Shown: positions 37,561 through 51,642, counted from the stretch's first letter. The stretch is DNA of 64,000 nt from Octopus sinensis (GCF_006345805.1 NC_043001.1:125798001-125862000); one strand, 5' to 3'. Made by a program: numbers and translations. Notes: generated by a model from the sequence alone, not told the origin.

Positions 37561-40500
37561 CATGTTAATAATGACATGTTGAATCAAAATTTATGCTCTC
37601 ACACATGCACACAATGAGCTTCCTTGCAGTTTCCATGCACCAATTTCACTCGAGGTGTTGGCTGAGCTGAAGTCATAGCAGAAAACACCAGCTCTAAGTG
37701 CAATATTGTGAGATTGAAATTAAAACCGTGTTGTTGTGAAACAAAAACTGTAACCACACAGTCATGCCTATGCATTGGTGTGTGCATGTGTGTTAGGGAG
37801 CAGATGTGAAATGGAGGGATATCCTGAGCAGTTACCTGAAGATGGGAAAAGCAGGGACATAGAAATGAACTCAAGCAGATGTGATGTCTGGAAACGAGAA
37901 TATGATGCTGCTTCCAAATCATAAAACACATCAATGATGTATCCCAGGGTCAGTCATGGCTAACAGGAGCTTACATGTGTGTGTGTGTGTGTGTGTGTAA
38001 CTCAGTTTGATTCTGTTTCAAACAATATCAATAAAGTCCAAATAATAACAGCAATATTAAGAGGGAGCTGGGATGTCGTATGGCTGTTATCAGCCAAATA
38101 GTATTAAAGACATCCTGGTTAACTTCACCAGGTCAACAGTTTTAATTAACCTCATTTTGTTTCCCCACCCACATTTTTTTGCAATTTAAGGAATGAAAGA
38201 AAGTTGTATGGTGACAAAGAAGAGCGAGAGGGAAAAGAACAGATGCAAAAATAATTTGGGAAAATACATGAACTGTATTTCATACAGACATTTTTGTTCA
38301 ACTTCTGAAAATATTAAAACCTTAGTTTTCTTTCTTAAGGCTTAATATCCTGACTCTGTAATATGTGCATGTAGTATGTTGCACGCGAGCGCGCACACAC
38401 TTCGAAGTGGAAATGAGAGAAAGAGTACTGAATATATGTAGAGTTTCACAGACCCCACCTTAAGCAAGTTTGTCTATTCATTTTCTAGTCACACACAGCA
38501 AAAAAAAAAAAAAAGTGAAGCAATGGAGTATTTCATATGCTTCAAACAAATATTTATACACACATATAGATAGGTATACACACATATATAAATACATGTG
38601 CTTGAGAGTGTATGTATGTCCATATCTGTGTGTGTGTGTGTGTTTATACCCTCTTCACAACATTCAATTTGAGAATTTTAAGGTAAATTATTTACTTCTC
38701 AATTTCTATGCCAGGAGATATATTTATTAGTCAAGACTCAACTCACCAAATGCAAACTTATCTCACATGTCCTCTCTTAATGCAATTTTTCAGCCTCTCT
38801 GTTTATGTTCTCTTTCCCCCAAAAGCTCTTACCTCAGTTCTTACACTGCACTGAATCTAAAATAAAAATTCATCATTTTCACATCTGCTTCCCATTCTTG
38901 CATGGGTGGTACAGCTCATCACAAGTTAAGTTGGTTCTTATTCAGCTACTATCCTCCTAGCAGGTAGCAACTCAAAACATACCATTTTTGGCTTGGTTTC
39001 TAAAGACAGATACCCTTCCTAACATCAACTACTTTATCGAGTATACCAGGAGCATTTCCCCATGTCATGGCATGAGCTCTAGAGAGGCAATCATGTGTTA
39101 GGACAGATTAATAATAATACTTTCTGCCATAGGCACAAGGCCCGAAATTGTTGGGGGAAAGGGGCTAGTCAATTACATTGACCCTAGTTCTTGACTGGTA
39201 CTTATTTCATCAACCCTAGAAAGATGAAAGGCAAAGTCAACCTTGGTGGAATTTGAACTCAGAACATAAAGATGGATGGAATGCCACTAAGCATTTTGTC
39301 CAACATGCTAACACTTCTGCCAGTTCACCACCTTATTAATAACAATAATAATTCTTTCTACTATATACACAAGGCCAAGAATTTTGGAGTGAGAGTAAGA
39401 AAAGTAAGAAAGGCAAAGTCAACCTTGGCAGAATTTGAACTCAGAATGTAAAAACCAGAAGTAATGTCCCAAAGCATTTTGTCAGGAGTGATAATGATTC
39501 TACCAGCTCACCACTACGATAATAGTAATAATAATAATAATAATAATAATGATAATAATGGTTTCTGATTTAAGCACAAGGCTAGCGATTTTGAGGAGAG
39601 AGGGTTAGATGAACTTGTCAACCTTAATACATGACTGGTAACTGTTTCCATTGAACCCAGAAGGATAAAAAGCAAAGTTGACCACTGCAAGATTTGATCA
39701 CAGAACATAGCAAATAGGAGGAAATTCAACAAATAATTTTTTTCTGATGTTGTAAAGATTCTGTCAATGCACTATAATAATAATAATTATATACCAATAA
39801 TAATAATATTTTAAATAAGCACATGTCCCAAATTGGTTGAGGGTGTGGTTATCATCTATTCAGTCACTCACAGCATTTGACTGGTTATTTTATCAAGCTC
39901 AGAATGATGAAAAGAAATAAAAAAACAAAATTACCCCAAGAGGGCTGGAAATTATAATGTAATGTAAACTAAATATTGCAAGACATTTAGTCATCCAGCT
40001 TCTGCCAATTCTTCCAACAACCACATTTAGTATAAGAGCAACATCAATAATAATTTGCAACAAATCAACCACAGCCCCAACCCCATCCCCAGGTGGAGCA
40101 AGTGAGCCTGGGGCTGTAAAGTTAACTGGAAAAAAAAAACATTCAATTCCTATTTGTTCATTGGAGGTGGTATTTAGTTTATTGAACCTGGTAGAAATAA
40201 ATGGCAAAGTTAACGCTGCTGGAATCAAAACTCAGGACGGAGATGAACATATCTAAATACCTGTTTCTTTACTTACCCACAAGGGGCTACACACAAGAGA
40301 GAACAAACAAGGACAGACAAACAGATTAAGTCGATTATATCGACCCCAGTGCGTAACTGGTACTTATTTAATCGACTCTGAAAGGATGAAAGGCAAAGTC
40401 GACCTCGGCGGAATTTGAACTCAGAACGTAGCGACAGACGAAATACCGCTAGGCATTTCACCCGGCGTGCTAACGTTTCTGCCAGCTCACCGCCTTCATA

Positions 40501-42708
40501 TCTAAATACCATTTGGTATATTTTTTTTTTTTGTGTGTTCAATCCTCTACTGATTCAGCCAAATCCAATTAATGAACAATTGAAGAAGACAACAGACATA
40601 TGGTGATATACTACTTCTTTCTGCACACACAGATTATTATTATTATTATTATATTATCATTATTGAATGAGGACGCATGGCCTAGTAGTTAGGGTGTTAC
40701 ACTCATGATTTCCAGATCATGGTTTTAATTCCCGGACTGGCTGGTGTGTTGTTTTAAGCAAAACAATTCATCTACATTGCTCTGCAGTCCCTTTAACACC
40801 TGATGTGTGATACACTGTGAACCTGTATTTGTGCAGGCTGTTCTGCAAAAACTGAGCATTCATACAATGCCTTTGACAGGAGAGTCCATCATTACTGAGT
40901 GAGAGAGTAACGCATGCCATCAAAATGACACTGGGGTATAAATATACAAAGCTGAATATACTCATCATGATTACTTGTCTGATAAGGGTACAACCACATG
41001 TGCATGACATGACGACCTCATATCAGGATAAACCGTGCATGATCTTGCAGTGAGGGCCTAGTTAGAATTTTCTTCAGGCTGAGTAGCCCATCCTGCTCAA
41101 AAGGTCCCTGAATAAGGGTCACTTAAGGATGATGAATAAAAAACACCCATGTTTCCAGGGCTGAATTATTCAGACCACAAAGAATTCCTCTCAACACATG
41201 GCTACAATGCTCCCCCACAGCTCCTGCTCGTGATCGGAGATGCACATATCAACAGCCATGGACATGCTCAACTGGTTACAGTGAAGCAAATCTGTGGTGG
41301 TATTGAGCAGAATATTTACTGTAGCCCATGTTTTACTCATTATTATTATTAGGGCAAAATGGTAAGGATATTAAAAAAAAAAGCATTGGGAATTTCTTCC
41401 TACTTTTTAACTTGAATTTGAATAATGTTGAAGTTAACTTTGCCATTCACCCCCACCAGGGGGTCAATAAAGTAGCAGCCTAATATTAGAGGTTGTCACA
41501 ATCCACTAATGCTCTCCTCCTCAAAATTGCTAGCCTTGCACCTAAATTAGAAGTGTTATTATTATTGTTATTATGCTTTCAGGAGCTGAGAAATTGAAGA
41601 TTTCATTTGTAACACTTATGTGAGGAGGGCCATTTTTCTTGAGTGTGAAAAAGCACACTAAGAACATGTGAAATCAGAGGTAAAAAGAAGAAAAAAAAAG
41701 TGGGAACTTGGATTAATTCACAACTGATGTAGACCCTGCAATCTTTAGTCATCAATGTAAAATTAAGAAAATACAAATGTTTCAAAGCATAGTATTTTCA
41801 GTAGGTAGTGCGGATGTTTCAGTAGGTAGTGTGGATAGTGGCAATGAGATGCTATTTTTTACCTTCATCCTAAGTACTTGCTTTCATGTATTAATGAAAT
41901 GGATGAATGGGGTCTTTTATGAAAAAAAAAAAAGCAACAAAAAATGTTTTTTTTAACACCTGTATTCATTAACTTGATGGTATGGAGAATTATTTACAAA
42001 TGCACCTAAGTTTTTTCGATATTTCACCCTCTTTCTTCCTCTATTGCCTAACCTTCATATATGCATGTGGGAATGTATGTAATGTGTGTGTGTGTGTGTG
42101 TAAATTCATAATACCAGTGGAATGTTGCTAATATGTACTATATTTTCAATGGTCCTATTTTGTCATGGTCTTTGCAAAAAAAAAAAAAAAAATTTCGATA
42201 GGCACAAGGCCACACGTGGAGCAAGAGAGGAGGAGGGAAGAGGGCAAGGTCGATTACATTGAACCCATCGCCCCCAAGTACATGACTGGTACTTTATTTA
42301 ATCAATCCACTCCCCCCCTCCCCACCTTAGAAGGATGATAAACAAAGGTGACCTCAGCAGGATTTGAACTCTGAATGTGTAAAAGCGGGACATGACTAAA
42401 AACTGCAAGGCATATTTGCCCAGCGTTCCAAAGATTCTGTCACCTCCATCCTGTCGTTTTAAAGAAAATAAAATGAATGGTAATGATAACAATAAATAAA
42501 GACAAATACATGTAGAATCTGAGAGGGAGAGAGGATATCATTGTCATGGTGTTTGGTCATAGCTGTATAACTGTCCTTGATAAATGAAGAGAAAAATAAA
42601 CAACAAACTGTTCCTTGTAGAAGGGTCTATACGTCTTTTTGTAACCATGAACATACAACCCTGTAATTCATATATACATACATATATATATATATATATA
42701 CACATATA

Positions 42709-42740
<32 letters not shown>

Positions 42741-42757
42741 CATATATATATATATAC

Positions 42758-42790
<33 letters not shown>

Positions 42791-43522
42791 TGTATGTATA
42801 TGAACGTAGGCTCTCAATGCTATCCCTTCATAATGCTGTGATTCCAAACGACTGCCTTTACAGCATTACACACATGCAGACATGCATGCACACATACACA
42901 CGCACATGCACTCACACAAACAGTTTATCAGCAATATTTCTGTGCATAGAATATTCCCGGGAATCTGGAAAGAGAAGAAAAAAGGAAGCTTCATAAGTGA
43001 ATATTCAATATGAATATACATATGTGTGTGCATACATACATAGATAAATGTGTGTGTGGGAGTGTAGATACATACATACATACATACATGTATGTGTGTA
43101 CATACATAGATAAATGAGTATATATGTATGTGCATACATATTATATAGCCCCACACATACAAATATGAATATACGATTTGACTGAGGTCTGGCGAACCAG
43201 CTGGCTGCACCAGATCAGATTGGAGTCTGGTGCAGCCATCTGGTTCGCCAGACCTCAGTCAAATTGTCCAACCCATGCTCGCATGGAAAGCGGACGTTAA
43301 ACAATGATGATGATGATATATATATATATAGTTGAATGAATTATCTTATTATGGATAATTCGGTTAACCGATACCTGGGTAGCAAATTCACGTCAGAAAA
43401 ACACGGTTGAAGCTACATGCCAAGGGCAGAGATCACGTGCTTTCGTGTGGAAATTTGTGTGTTTTTATAATACAAATAAATGAAAGAATGGAGTTGAACG
43501 ACGATTTAACAAAATTCCTTTA

Positions 43523-43605
43523 TTCTCGACATATGTTTCGAAGGCTGCATATTCCTAATTTCGAAGGAATAAGGGGTGCATTATGCAGCCTTCTCATCAG
43601 GAAAA
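43523..43605 (-). ncRNA. Type I hammerhead ribozyme, apparently intact
   Basis: Minus strand TTTTC-CTGATGA-GAAGGCTGCAT...ATGCAGCCTTC-GAAA-CATATG-TC/GAGAA. Canonical core, 11-bp stem II, palindromic stem III ACATATGT, GUC site and 5-bp stem I. Confidence 0.85.
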
Positions 43606-44686
43606 ACAAGGAACTTATGTCAGCATCAAGATGAAAAAAACTTTTAGATGACTGCCCACATGGAGCCCATAGCGATAGGAATATGCAGCCTTCGAAACAT
43701 ATGTCGAGAATAAAGGAATTTTGTTAAATCGTCGTTCAACTCCATTCTTTCATTCATTTGTATATATATATATATTTACGTTTATCAATTTATGTTGTAA
43801 GATTCCTGATGTGAAATCGTGTGTTGAAACAGATATTGTTGTATTTCAGGATGGTCATTTTTTTTTTTACTTTTTCTTTTTTGCAAATAAATATATGCTC
43901 TATATATTTGTTCCTCACTCATTTATTACTGTTCTTATTCTAACTCATGTCCATTGTCCAAAAAATCTTTTGTCACACATCTGCGGCCTCTTATTGTTCT
44001 CATTTTAACTCATGTCCATTGTCCAAAAAATCTTTTGTCACACATCTGCGGCCTCTTCCGCGACCCTTTCTGTTTCCATGTGTACTCTTACTCCACTTAT
44101 TTCATTCTGTTCTTCTATGATGTGTATCCTTATATGTGCATGCATTTGTGTGTGTGTGTTTATATGGGTTGAGTCATTGCTCTTCATAGCACTATGACCT
44201 TCCCCTCAGCTCCATTCCCTCTGCCGTTGTCACTGCTGCTGTCCTAGGACCCGAAATTTGGTACAGTTCCTGTTTTTCTCTGTGTTTGCCCATGCTGCTG
44301 CCATCATGGTATAGTTGTTGTTGTTGCCATCGTATTTACTGCTGTTGTTGTTGTTAGTTGTATTGCTGATACTGTTGCAGCTGTCTGTGAGGTTACTGTA
44401 TGTTTGTTTGTGAGTGTATATGGGTTCGCTTCCTATGTTGTTTGTATCTGTGCCCTTTATACTCTTTTACTCTTTACTCTTTTACTTGTTTCAGTCATTT
44501 GACTGCGGCCATGCTGGAGCACCGCCTTTAGTCGAGCAAATTGACCCCAGGACTTATTCTTTGTAAGCCCAGTACTTATTCTATCGGTCTCTTTTGCCGA
44601 ACTGCTAAGTGACGGGGACGTAAACACACCAGCATCAGTTGTCAAGCAATGCGAGGGGGACAAACACAGACACACAAACATATACT

Positions 44687-44736
<50 letters not shown>

Positions 44737-45230
44737 ATACATATTACGACAGGCTTCTTTCAGTTTCCGTCTACCAAATCCACTCACAAGGCATTGGTCG
44801 GCCCGGGGCTATAGCAGAAGACACTCGCCCAAGATGCCACGCAGTGGGACTGAACCCGGAACCATGTGGTTGGTAAGCAAGGTACTTACCACACAGCCAC
44901 TCCTGATTTTTTTTTTTACTTATTTTTTTATCTATCTCTATTTCTTATATTTATCACAGGTAGGTGCACATATGTCTATTGTGTGTGTATTATCCTGTTT
45001 GTATCTGTTTTATTTTTTCCCTCTCTCTTCTCCTCCCTTTTGTCTTTAGTCATCATTGTGTGGTGTGGTGGTGGGTGTTATTGTTCCATTCATGCTAATA
45101 AGGGCGGCGAGCTGGCAGAAACGTTAGCACGCCGGGCGAAATGCTTAGCAATATTTCGTCTGCCGCTATGTTCGGTGTTCAAATCCTGCCGAGGTCAACT
45201 TTGCCTTTCATCCTTTCGGAGGTCGATTAA

Positions 45231-45451
45231 CCCTTTAGTGTTCACATTATTCTACCAAAATTAATGCTTTTTTATCCACATTGTTTTGAACTAATCATGC
45301 ATTATCTTGTAGCTATGAGATTTTGATGAGGTAACTGTTAATTTTTAAAACGATATTGTAGGGTTGGTGTGAGAGACCAGATCTGGCCAGTTTGAACATA
45401 AAACAGGCAGAATACTTTTGGCTGGATATGGCCGGTTTAAATGCTAAAGGG
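45231..45451. mobile_element. piggyBac-type MITE nested in a SINE
   Basis: Removing it plus one TTAA restores GTCGATTAAATAAGTACCAG, as seen in the SINE at about 46718. Confidence 0.88.
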
Positions 45452-45586
45452 TTAAATAAGTACCAGTTACGCACTGGGGTCAATATAATCGACTTAATCC
45501 GTTTGTCTGTCCTTGTTTGTCCTCTCTGTGTTTAGCCCCTTGTGGGTAGTAAAGAAATAGCTATTAATTTATGCTGTTAATCAAGT

Positions 45587-46110
45587 CTTTCTCTTCTTTG
45601 AGCCATCACCAATGTTCCCCTATATGCTCCCCTATGTTGCATGCAGTCTCTCCAATGTAATTGGTTTGTCATGTTTCTGCACCATCCCTCAGTACATTGT
45701 AAGCTATACACTATATTCCTAACCTTACTGTTAACCCATGTATTGTATGTAGGATGAACCCACGGGTTAACTGTAAGGTTAGGAATATAGTGTATAGCTT
45801 ACAATGTACTAAGGGATGGTGCAGAAACATGACAATTACTTACATTGGAGAGACTGCATGTAGCATAGGGGAGCATATAGGTGACCATTGGTGAGAGCTC
45901 AAAGAAGAGAAAGGCCTGTCAGTGCTCTACCAACATGTTCAAGCAGAACATAGAGGTTAAGGTATTATCGGTGCATAGAACTGACAAGACACTTACACAG
46001 ATCACAGAGGCAACACACAGAGCAATAGACAGACCGTGGAGAACAAATATATAATGCGTGTGTATATTTGGCAAAAAAAAAAATTGACCATCCCGAAATA
46101 CAAAAATATA
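45587..46110 (+). mobile_element. 5'-truncated Penelope-like GIY-YIG fragment with ~154-bp inverted 5' arm
   Basis: 45763 onward reads RVNCKVRNIVYSLQCTKGWCRNMTITYIGETACSIGEHIGDHW*. Arms 45587-45740 and 45761-45913. Confidence 0.78.
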
Positions 46111-46189
46111 TATATAACCCATGCTAGCATGGAAAGCGGACGTTAAATGATGATGATGATAATGATGATGATGATATATATTTAAAGGT

Positions 46190-46450
46190 AAATGTATCAG
46201 ATGTGGTGTGCAAGAGAAACAACTGCACTGGTATGGTCATGTGTTGTGTATGGATGAGGACAGCTGTGTGAAGAAGTGTCACACCCTAACAGCAGAGGGA
46301 ACCTGTAGAAGAGGTAGACCCAGGAAGACATGGGAAGAGGTGGTGGAAGCACGACCTTCGAACAGTAGGCAATGACAAATGACCGAGACCTTTGGAGATA
46401 TGCTGTGCTTGAGAAGACCTAGCAAGCCAAGTGAGATCATAGCCGTGGAC
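46190..46450 (+). mobile_element. RTE-type LINE 3' fragment
   Basis: WYGHV..MDEDSCVKKC...GTCRRGRPRKTW...DRDLWR. Confidence 0.72.
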
Positions 46451-47576
46451 ATCTCATTTCTTTTTCCATACCATGCATTTTGTATTCCATACCAAATATA
46501 TGCATTAAGCCTACTTGCCTTTGTCTTCTGCATAATATACAGGGTGGACCCAAAAGTCACAACCCAAGATTAAAACTCATTTAATATAAATATATAGGGT
46601 GGCAAGCTGGCAGAATCATTAGCATGCTGGGCGAAATGCTTCATAGTATTTCATCTGTTGTAACATTGAGTTCTGCTGAGGTCGACTCTGCCTTTCATCC
46701 TTTGGGGGAGGGGGGGTCGATTAAATAAGTACCAGTTATGCACTGGGGTCAATGTAATCCCTTTGTCTGTCCATGTTTGTCCCCTCTATGTTTAGCCCCC
46801 TGTGGGCAATAATGAAATAAATACACTGCATTATATAATAATAATAATAGTAATCTTTTCTAATATAAGCATAAGACCTGAGATTTTGGAAGAGGGGACT
46901 AGTCACTTACACTGAGCCCAGTGCTCAATTAGTACTTATTTTTTATCGACCCCAAATGCATGAAAGGCAAAGTCGACCACAACGGAATTTGAACTCAGAA
47001 CATAGAGACAGATGAAATACCACTAAGCATTTCACCCAGCATATGTTTTAATGCATGACTTTTAACCCACCCTCTCTCTCTCTCTGTATATATATATATA
47101 CACACATATGGGGGCGCAATGGCCCAGTGGTTAGGGCAGCGGACCTGCAGTCGTAGGATCGCAGTTTTGCTTCCCAGACGAGGCGTTGTGTGTGTTTATT
47201 GAGCGAAAACACCTAAAAGCTCCACGAGTCTCCGGCAGGGGGTGGCGATCCCTACTGTACTCTTTCACCACTCTTTCTGTCTTTCTTCTGTTGGCCTGCT
47301 CGCTTAGCCAGCGGGGTGGCATCATTCAAAGGCTAAAACAATGCAAACGCATTGTGACCAGCGATGTGTAACTACATCTGATGGACTGGGTGATCACGTG
47401 ATATATATATATAAATATATATATCTAGTGGTTGGCGTTAGGAAGGGCATCCAGCTGTAGAAACACTGCCAGATCTGACTGGCCTGGTGCAGATTTCGAG
47501 CTTGCCAGACCCCAGTTGAACCGTCCAACCCATGCTAGCATGGAAAGCGGACGTTAAACGATGATGATGATGATGA

Positions 47577-47621
<45 letters not shown>

Positions 47622-47718
47622 TAAATATACAAAATCTCAAATGGGTGAGTAAACTGATGTTAGTATAAGCATACAATAGATGAGCAGATTATTGCTTGGA
47701 GGGTCCAGAACTCTTTAA

Positions 47719-47751
<33 letters not shown>

Positions 47752-48597
47752 TACAATATGTGTAGATGCATACATGTACATACATATATGTACATTCATA
47801 AACATACATACATGCAGAAACTCTTTCCTCTCACACACACACACACACACTGGCATAAGCATGGATATTTAGTTAAGATCTTCACTTAGCAACCACATGG
47901 CTCTGAGTTCAATCCTACAGAAAGGCACCCTGGCAAGTGTCTTCTACCATACCTCTAGGCCAACCAAAGCCATGCGAGTGGATTTGGTGAACAAACAGAA
48001 ATAAAATCCATTGTTTGTGGTTGATGGGGTACACATGTATGTTTGTGTGTTTGTTTAACATTTTATTCTTTAACTTGTTTCAGACATTTGGCTGCAGCCA
48101 TGCTGGAGCACTACCATAGAGGCTTTTCTTTTAGTCGTAGAATCTACCTCAGGACTTATTCTTTGTAAGCCTGGTACTTATTCTATTGGTCTCTTTTGCT
48201 GAACTGCTAAGTTACAGGGATGTAAACACACCAACACTGGTTGTCAAGTAATGGTGGGGGGGACAAACAGACACACACACACACACACAGACACATGTGT
48301 GGAGGCGCAATGGCCCAGAGGTTAGGGCAGCTGATTCGCGGTCGTAGGATCGCGGTTTCGACTCCCAGACCAGGCGTTGTGAGAGTTTATTGAGCGAAAA
48401 CACCTAATTCTCCACGAGGCTCCGGCAGGAGGTGGTGGCGATCCCTGCTGTACTCTTTCGCCACAACTTTCTCTCATGCTTTCTTCTGTTGGCCTGCTCG
48501 CTTAGCCAGCGGGGTGGCGTCATTTGAAGGCTAAAACAATGTGAAGCGCATTGTGACCAGCGATGTGTAACAACATCTGATAGCCTGGTCAGAAAAT

Positions 48598-48631
<34 letters not shown>

Positions 48632-49226
48632 AATATAAAATCTTAGTCAGTCAGTGGAAGGACTTCACTACCTCATATGTTCTTAAAAATTTAAATCCAC
48701 ATCTTTGTATATATATCTACCTTCTCTATAATGTTGCCACTTGATTTGAAAATTTTTGTATTAATGGAAAACCTCTATAATTGGCTGATGAGTACTCAGC
48801 ATCTTAAATCTGTTGTAATACTTACAACATTTAATAAAATGATGTAGTACGAAACAATCGTACCAAATTACCGGAGTCATTCTTGTTGCTTATTTTGAGT
48901 ATATATATATACAAAGGGCTTCTTTCAGTTTCCATCTACCAAATCAACTTACAAGGCTTTGATTGGCCCAAGACTATAGTAGAAGACACATACCCAAGGT
49001 ACCACACAGTGGGACTGAACCCGCAACCATGTAGTTGGGAAGCAAGCTTCTTGCCACACAGCCACACCTGCACTTGTTTGTGCTACACTCAGCTACAAGC
49101 TACAAGCAGTGACACAGATGTCATTTTCCTTGTCATCAAATCAATCACTGGCTTTGAACCTCTAAAAAGCTATGAAATATTAAAAAAAAAACCCTTACAT
49201 TTAATAAATAGAAGTATTTTGTTTAA

Positions 49227-49447
49227 CCCTTTCGTTACCAACCCGGCTGAAACCGGCTGTGGCTCTTTAGTATAAATGTCTTGTTTTCATAAGTTTTGAA
49301 TTCAAATCTTCCACCAAATTTTGGTCACAATTTATGTTCCTAACACTAGCTCAATGATAATGATGTTATTTTACTAAATTCTTTGTTATATTTAAAATAA
49401 TTGGAAGAAACACAGAGCACCTCAAAATAAATACAGTAACGAAAGGG
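49227..49447. mobile_element. piggyBac-type MITE (subfamily 2)
   Basis: TTAA TSD and CCCTTT TIRs. Confidence 0.8.
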
Positions 49448-49814
49448 TTAATGTCCATTTTTGAATGCTTGTATAGGGACCTTGCATGTGTTACAAAAAA
49501 AAAAAAAAAAGGATGGGTCTTTTATTCTGATGGCCTTCTGAAGCACAAAGCAGCCAGTTGCAATGTGAACAAGAAACATAATCATCTGATCAATGCTTAA
49601 CTGAATCAGTGACAAGTAAAATTTTGGAATGTCTACATTCACATCAGCATTCACACACATACTCACAGGCATGTGTGTGTGTGTGTAGTCGTATGCATGT
49701 GAAACAGAGCAGATTAACTTTCCTAGAGATATCAACACACTCATACCAATTATTCTCACAGAGGTTCTTACATTTTTGAGGAACAGACAACTAAGAGCTG
49801 TAAGTCAACATTAC

Positions 49815-49892
49815 TCAGAAGGTATAGTACCATAATGTTCGTTGTGCTTGGATATCACTTCGTAAGTTCTGTGCAAAACAAATACCAAGAAT
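49815..49892 (-). CDS. Tetraspanin last coding exon, ILGICFAQNLRSDIQAQRTLWYYTF*
   Basis: ttttag acceptor and TGA at 49817-49815. Matches TspanC8 IFGICLAQNLxSDI. Confidence 0.93.
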   Translation of the reverse strand: MLGICFAQNLRSDIQAQRTLWYYTF

Positions 49893-49989
49893 CTAAAAAA
49901 GAAAATGGAAAAATTAGACATGAGAGATAATAATTACAATTTCAAGAAAATTATAGGAAACTGAGAATAGAATAGAATTTGGAACTTAA

Positions 49990-50456
49990 CCCTTTAGTAT
50001 TTAACCAGCCACATCAGGCACAAATATTTTTCCTTTTTATGTTCAAACCAGCCGGATTTGACCTCTTACACTTACCCTCTACTTTGTCATTGTAAAAATA
50101 AACAATCACATTGTCAAATTCTCCAAGCTATGAGGTAATGCATGATTAATTCAAAACAATATGAGTAAATAAGCATTACATTGAAGGAATAATTTGAATA
50201 CAATTGCAGCGTGGAAGGTGTTTGTAAGCCATGCAGCACGGATTTTTGTCAGTGAACAGGTTGCGGATTTTAGCAACGAAAATATTTTGACAAATTAAAC
50301 TTAAATGTTGAAGTGAATCGAACGGCTTTTATGTGTTTCTTAAATGGCTTACAAACACCTTCCACGCTGCAATTGTTTTCGTTTCAGCACACGATCTCAG
50401 ATCAAATCACTTGCTATGCAAGTACATCTCCGTAAAATAATTTGAATGTTAAAAGG
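49990..50456. mobile_element. piggyBac-type MITE carrying a nested fold-back element (about 50184-50436)
   Basis: TTAA ends. The interior matches the element at 27506-27835. Confidence 0.75.
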
Positions 50457-51642
50457 TTAATACAGCTGATAATTTTTTACCTGTAAAACTCCAAAACCTG
50501 AGATTCTTTCAAATGAGAGAAGCATCACAAATAGGGTGCTCACAATACTTTTAAAAGAAATGGTGTTGTCTATAAGCATACAAAAAAAAAAGTGTAAAGA
50601 GACAAAGAGATGTAGCCATTTTGTATAGATGACAAACTGAATTTGAGATTATCCTTACAATTTGTAGATAAAAAAACTCCTTCTAAAGGTGGGTGTCTAA
50701 AACAAAAGATAACTCCAATAAGCTCAATGATCTGCTGGTGCCACATAAAAAAGCATCCAGTACATCTTGTAAAGTGGTTGGTGTTAGGAAGGGCATCCAG
50801 CCATAGAAACCAAACCAAAACAAATGACTGGAAGAACCTAGTGCAACCCTCCAGCTCTAACCTAACTGTCCAACCCATGCCAGTATGGAAAAACAGATGT
50901 TAAATGATGATGGTGATGAACACAAGGATTTGTTAGAGTGAAATAAACATGAGGTGCAGGAGTGGCTGTGTGGTAAGTAGCTTGCTTACCAACCACATGG
51001 TTCCGGGTTCAAGTCCCACTGCGTGGCACCTTGGGCAGGTGTCTTCTGCTATTGCCAGCAAGTTCAATTGCCAGATATTTTATGTTGCAGTTAACCTTTT
51101 AACATTTAAACCAGTCATATCTGGCTCAAATATTTCTACCTGTTTTATATTGAAACTGGCCAGATCCAGCCTCTCACACCTACTCTACAATGTAATTCTA
51201 GAGATAAACAAACACATCACTGAAATCTTGAAGCTACGAGATAATACCTGATTAAGTCAAAACAAGGTGAATAAAAAAGCAATACATTTGATTGAGTAAT
51301 CTGAATTTTAAAGGGTTAAGGTGCACAATAGAACAAGCAAATACAGGTTTCCAGATTGCTAGATCATTGGTTTGATTCCTTGACCAGGCACCAAGTTGTG
51401 TTCTTGAGCAAAACACTTCATTTCAAGTAGCTCCAGTCCTTCTTTTGATCAGAGGGGAATGTTGACCTGCTTGCCTAGCCAGCAGAGTAGCACCATTTGA
51501 AGGCTAAAACAATGCAAAATTGCATTGTGACAAGCAATGTGTAACATTTGATAGCCTGGTCTATCACATGGTGGTGGTCATACACATATTCATTCAAATA
51601 CAGCTGTAGAAATATAGGGGAGAGAGAGAGAGAACACCAATA

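Noticed and set aside
41583-41679. Exon-like segment with TTTCAG acceptor and GTAAAA donor
   Set aside because: Stops in all three frames and no partner exons.
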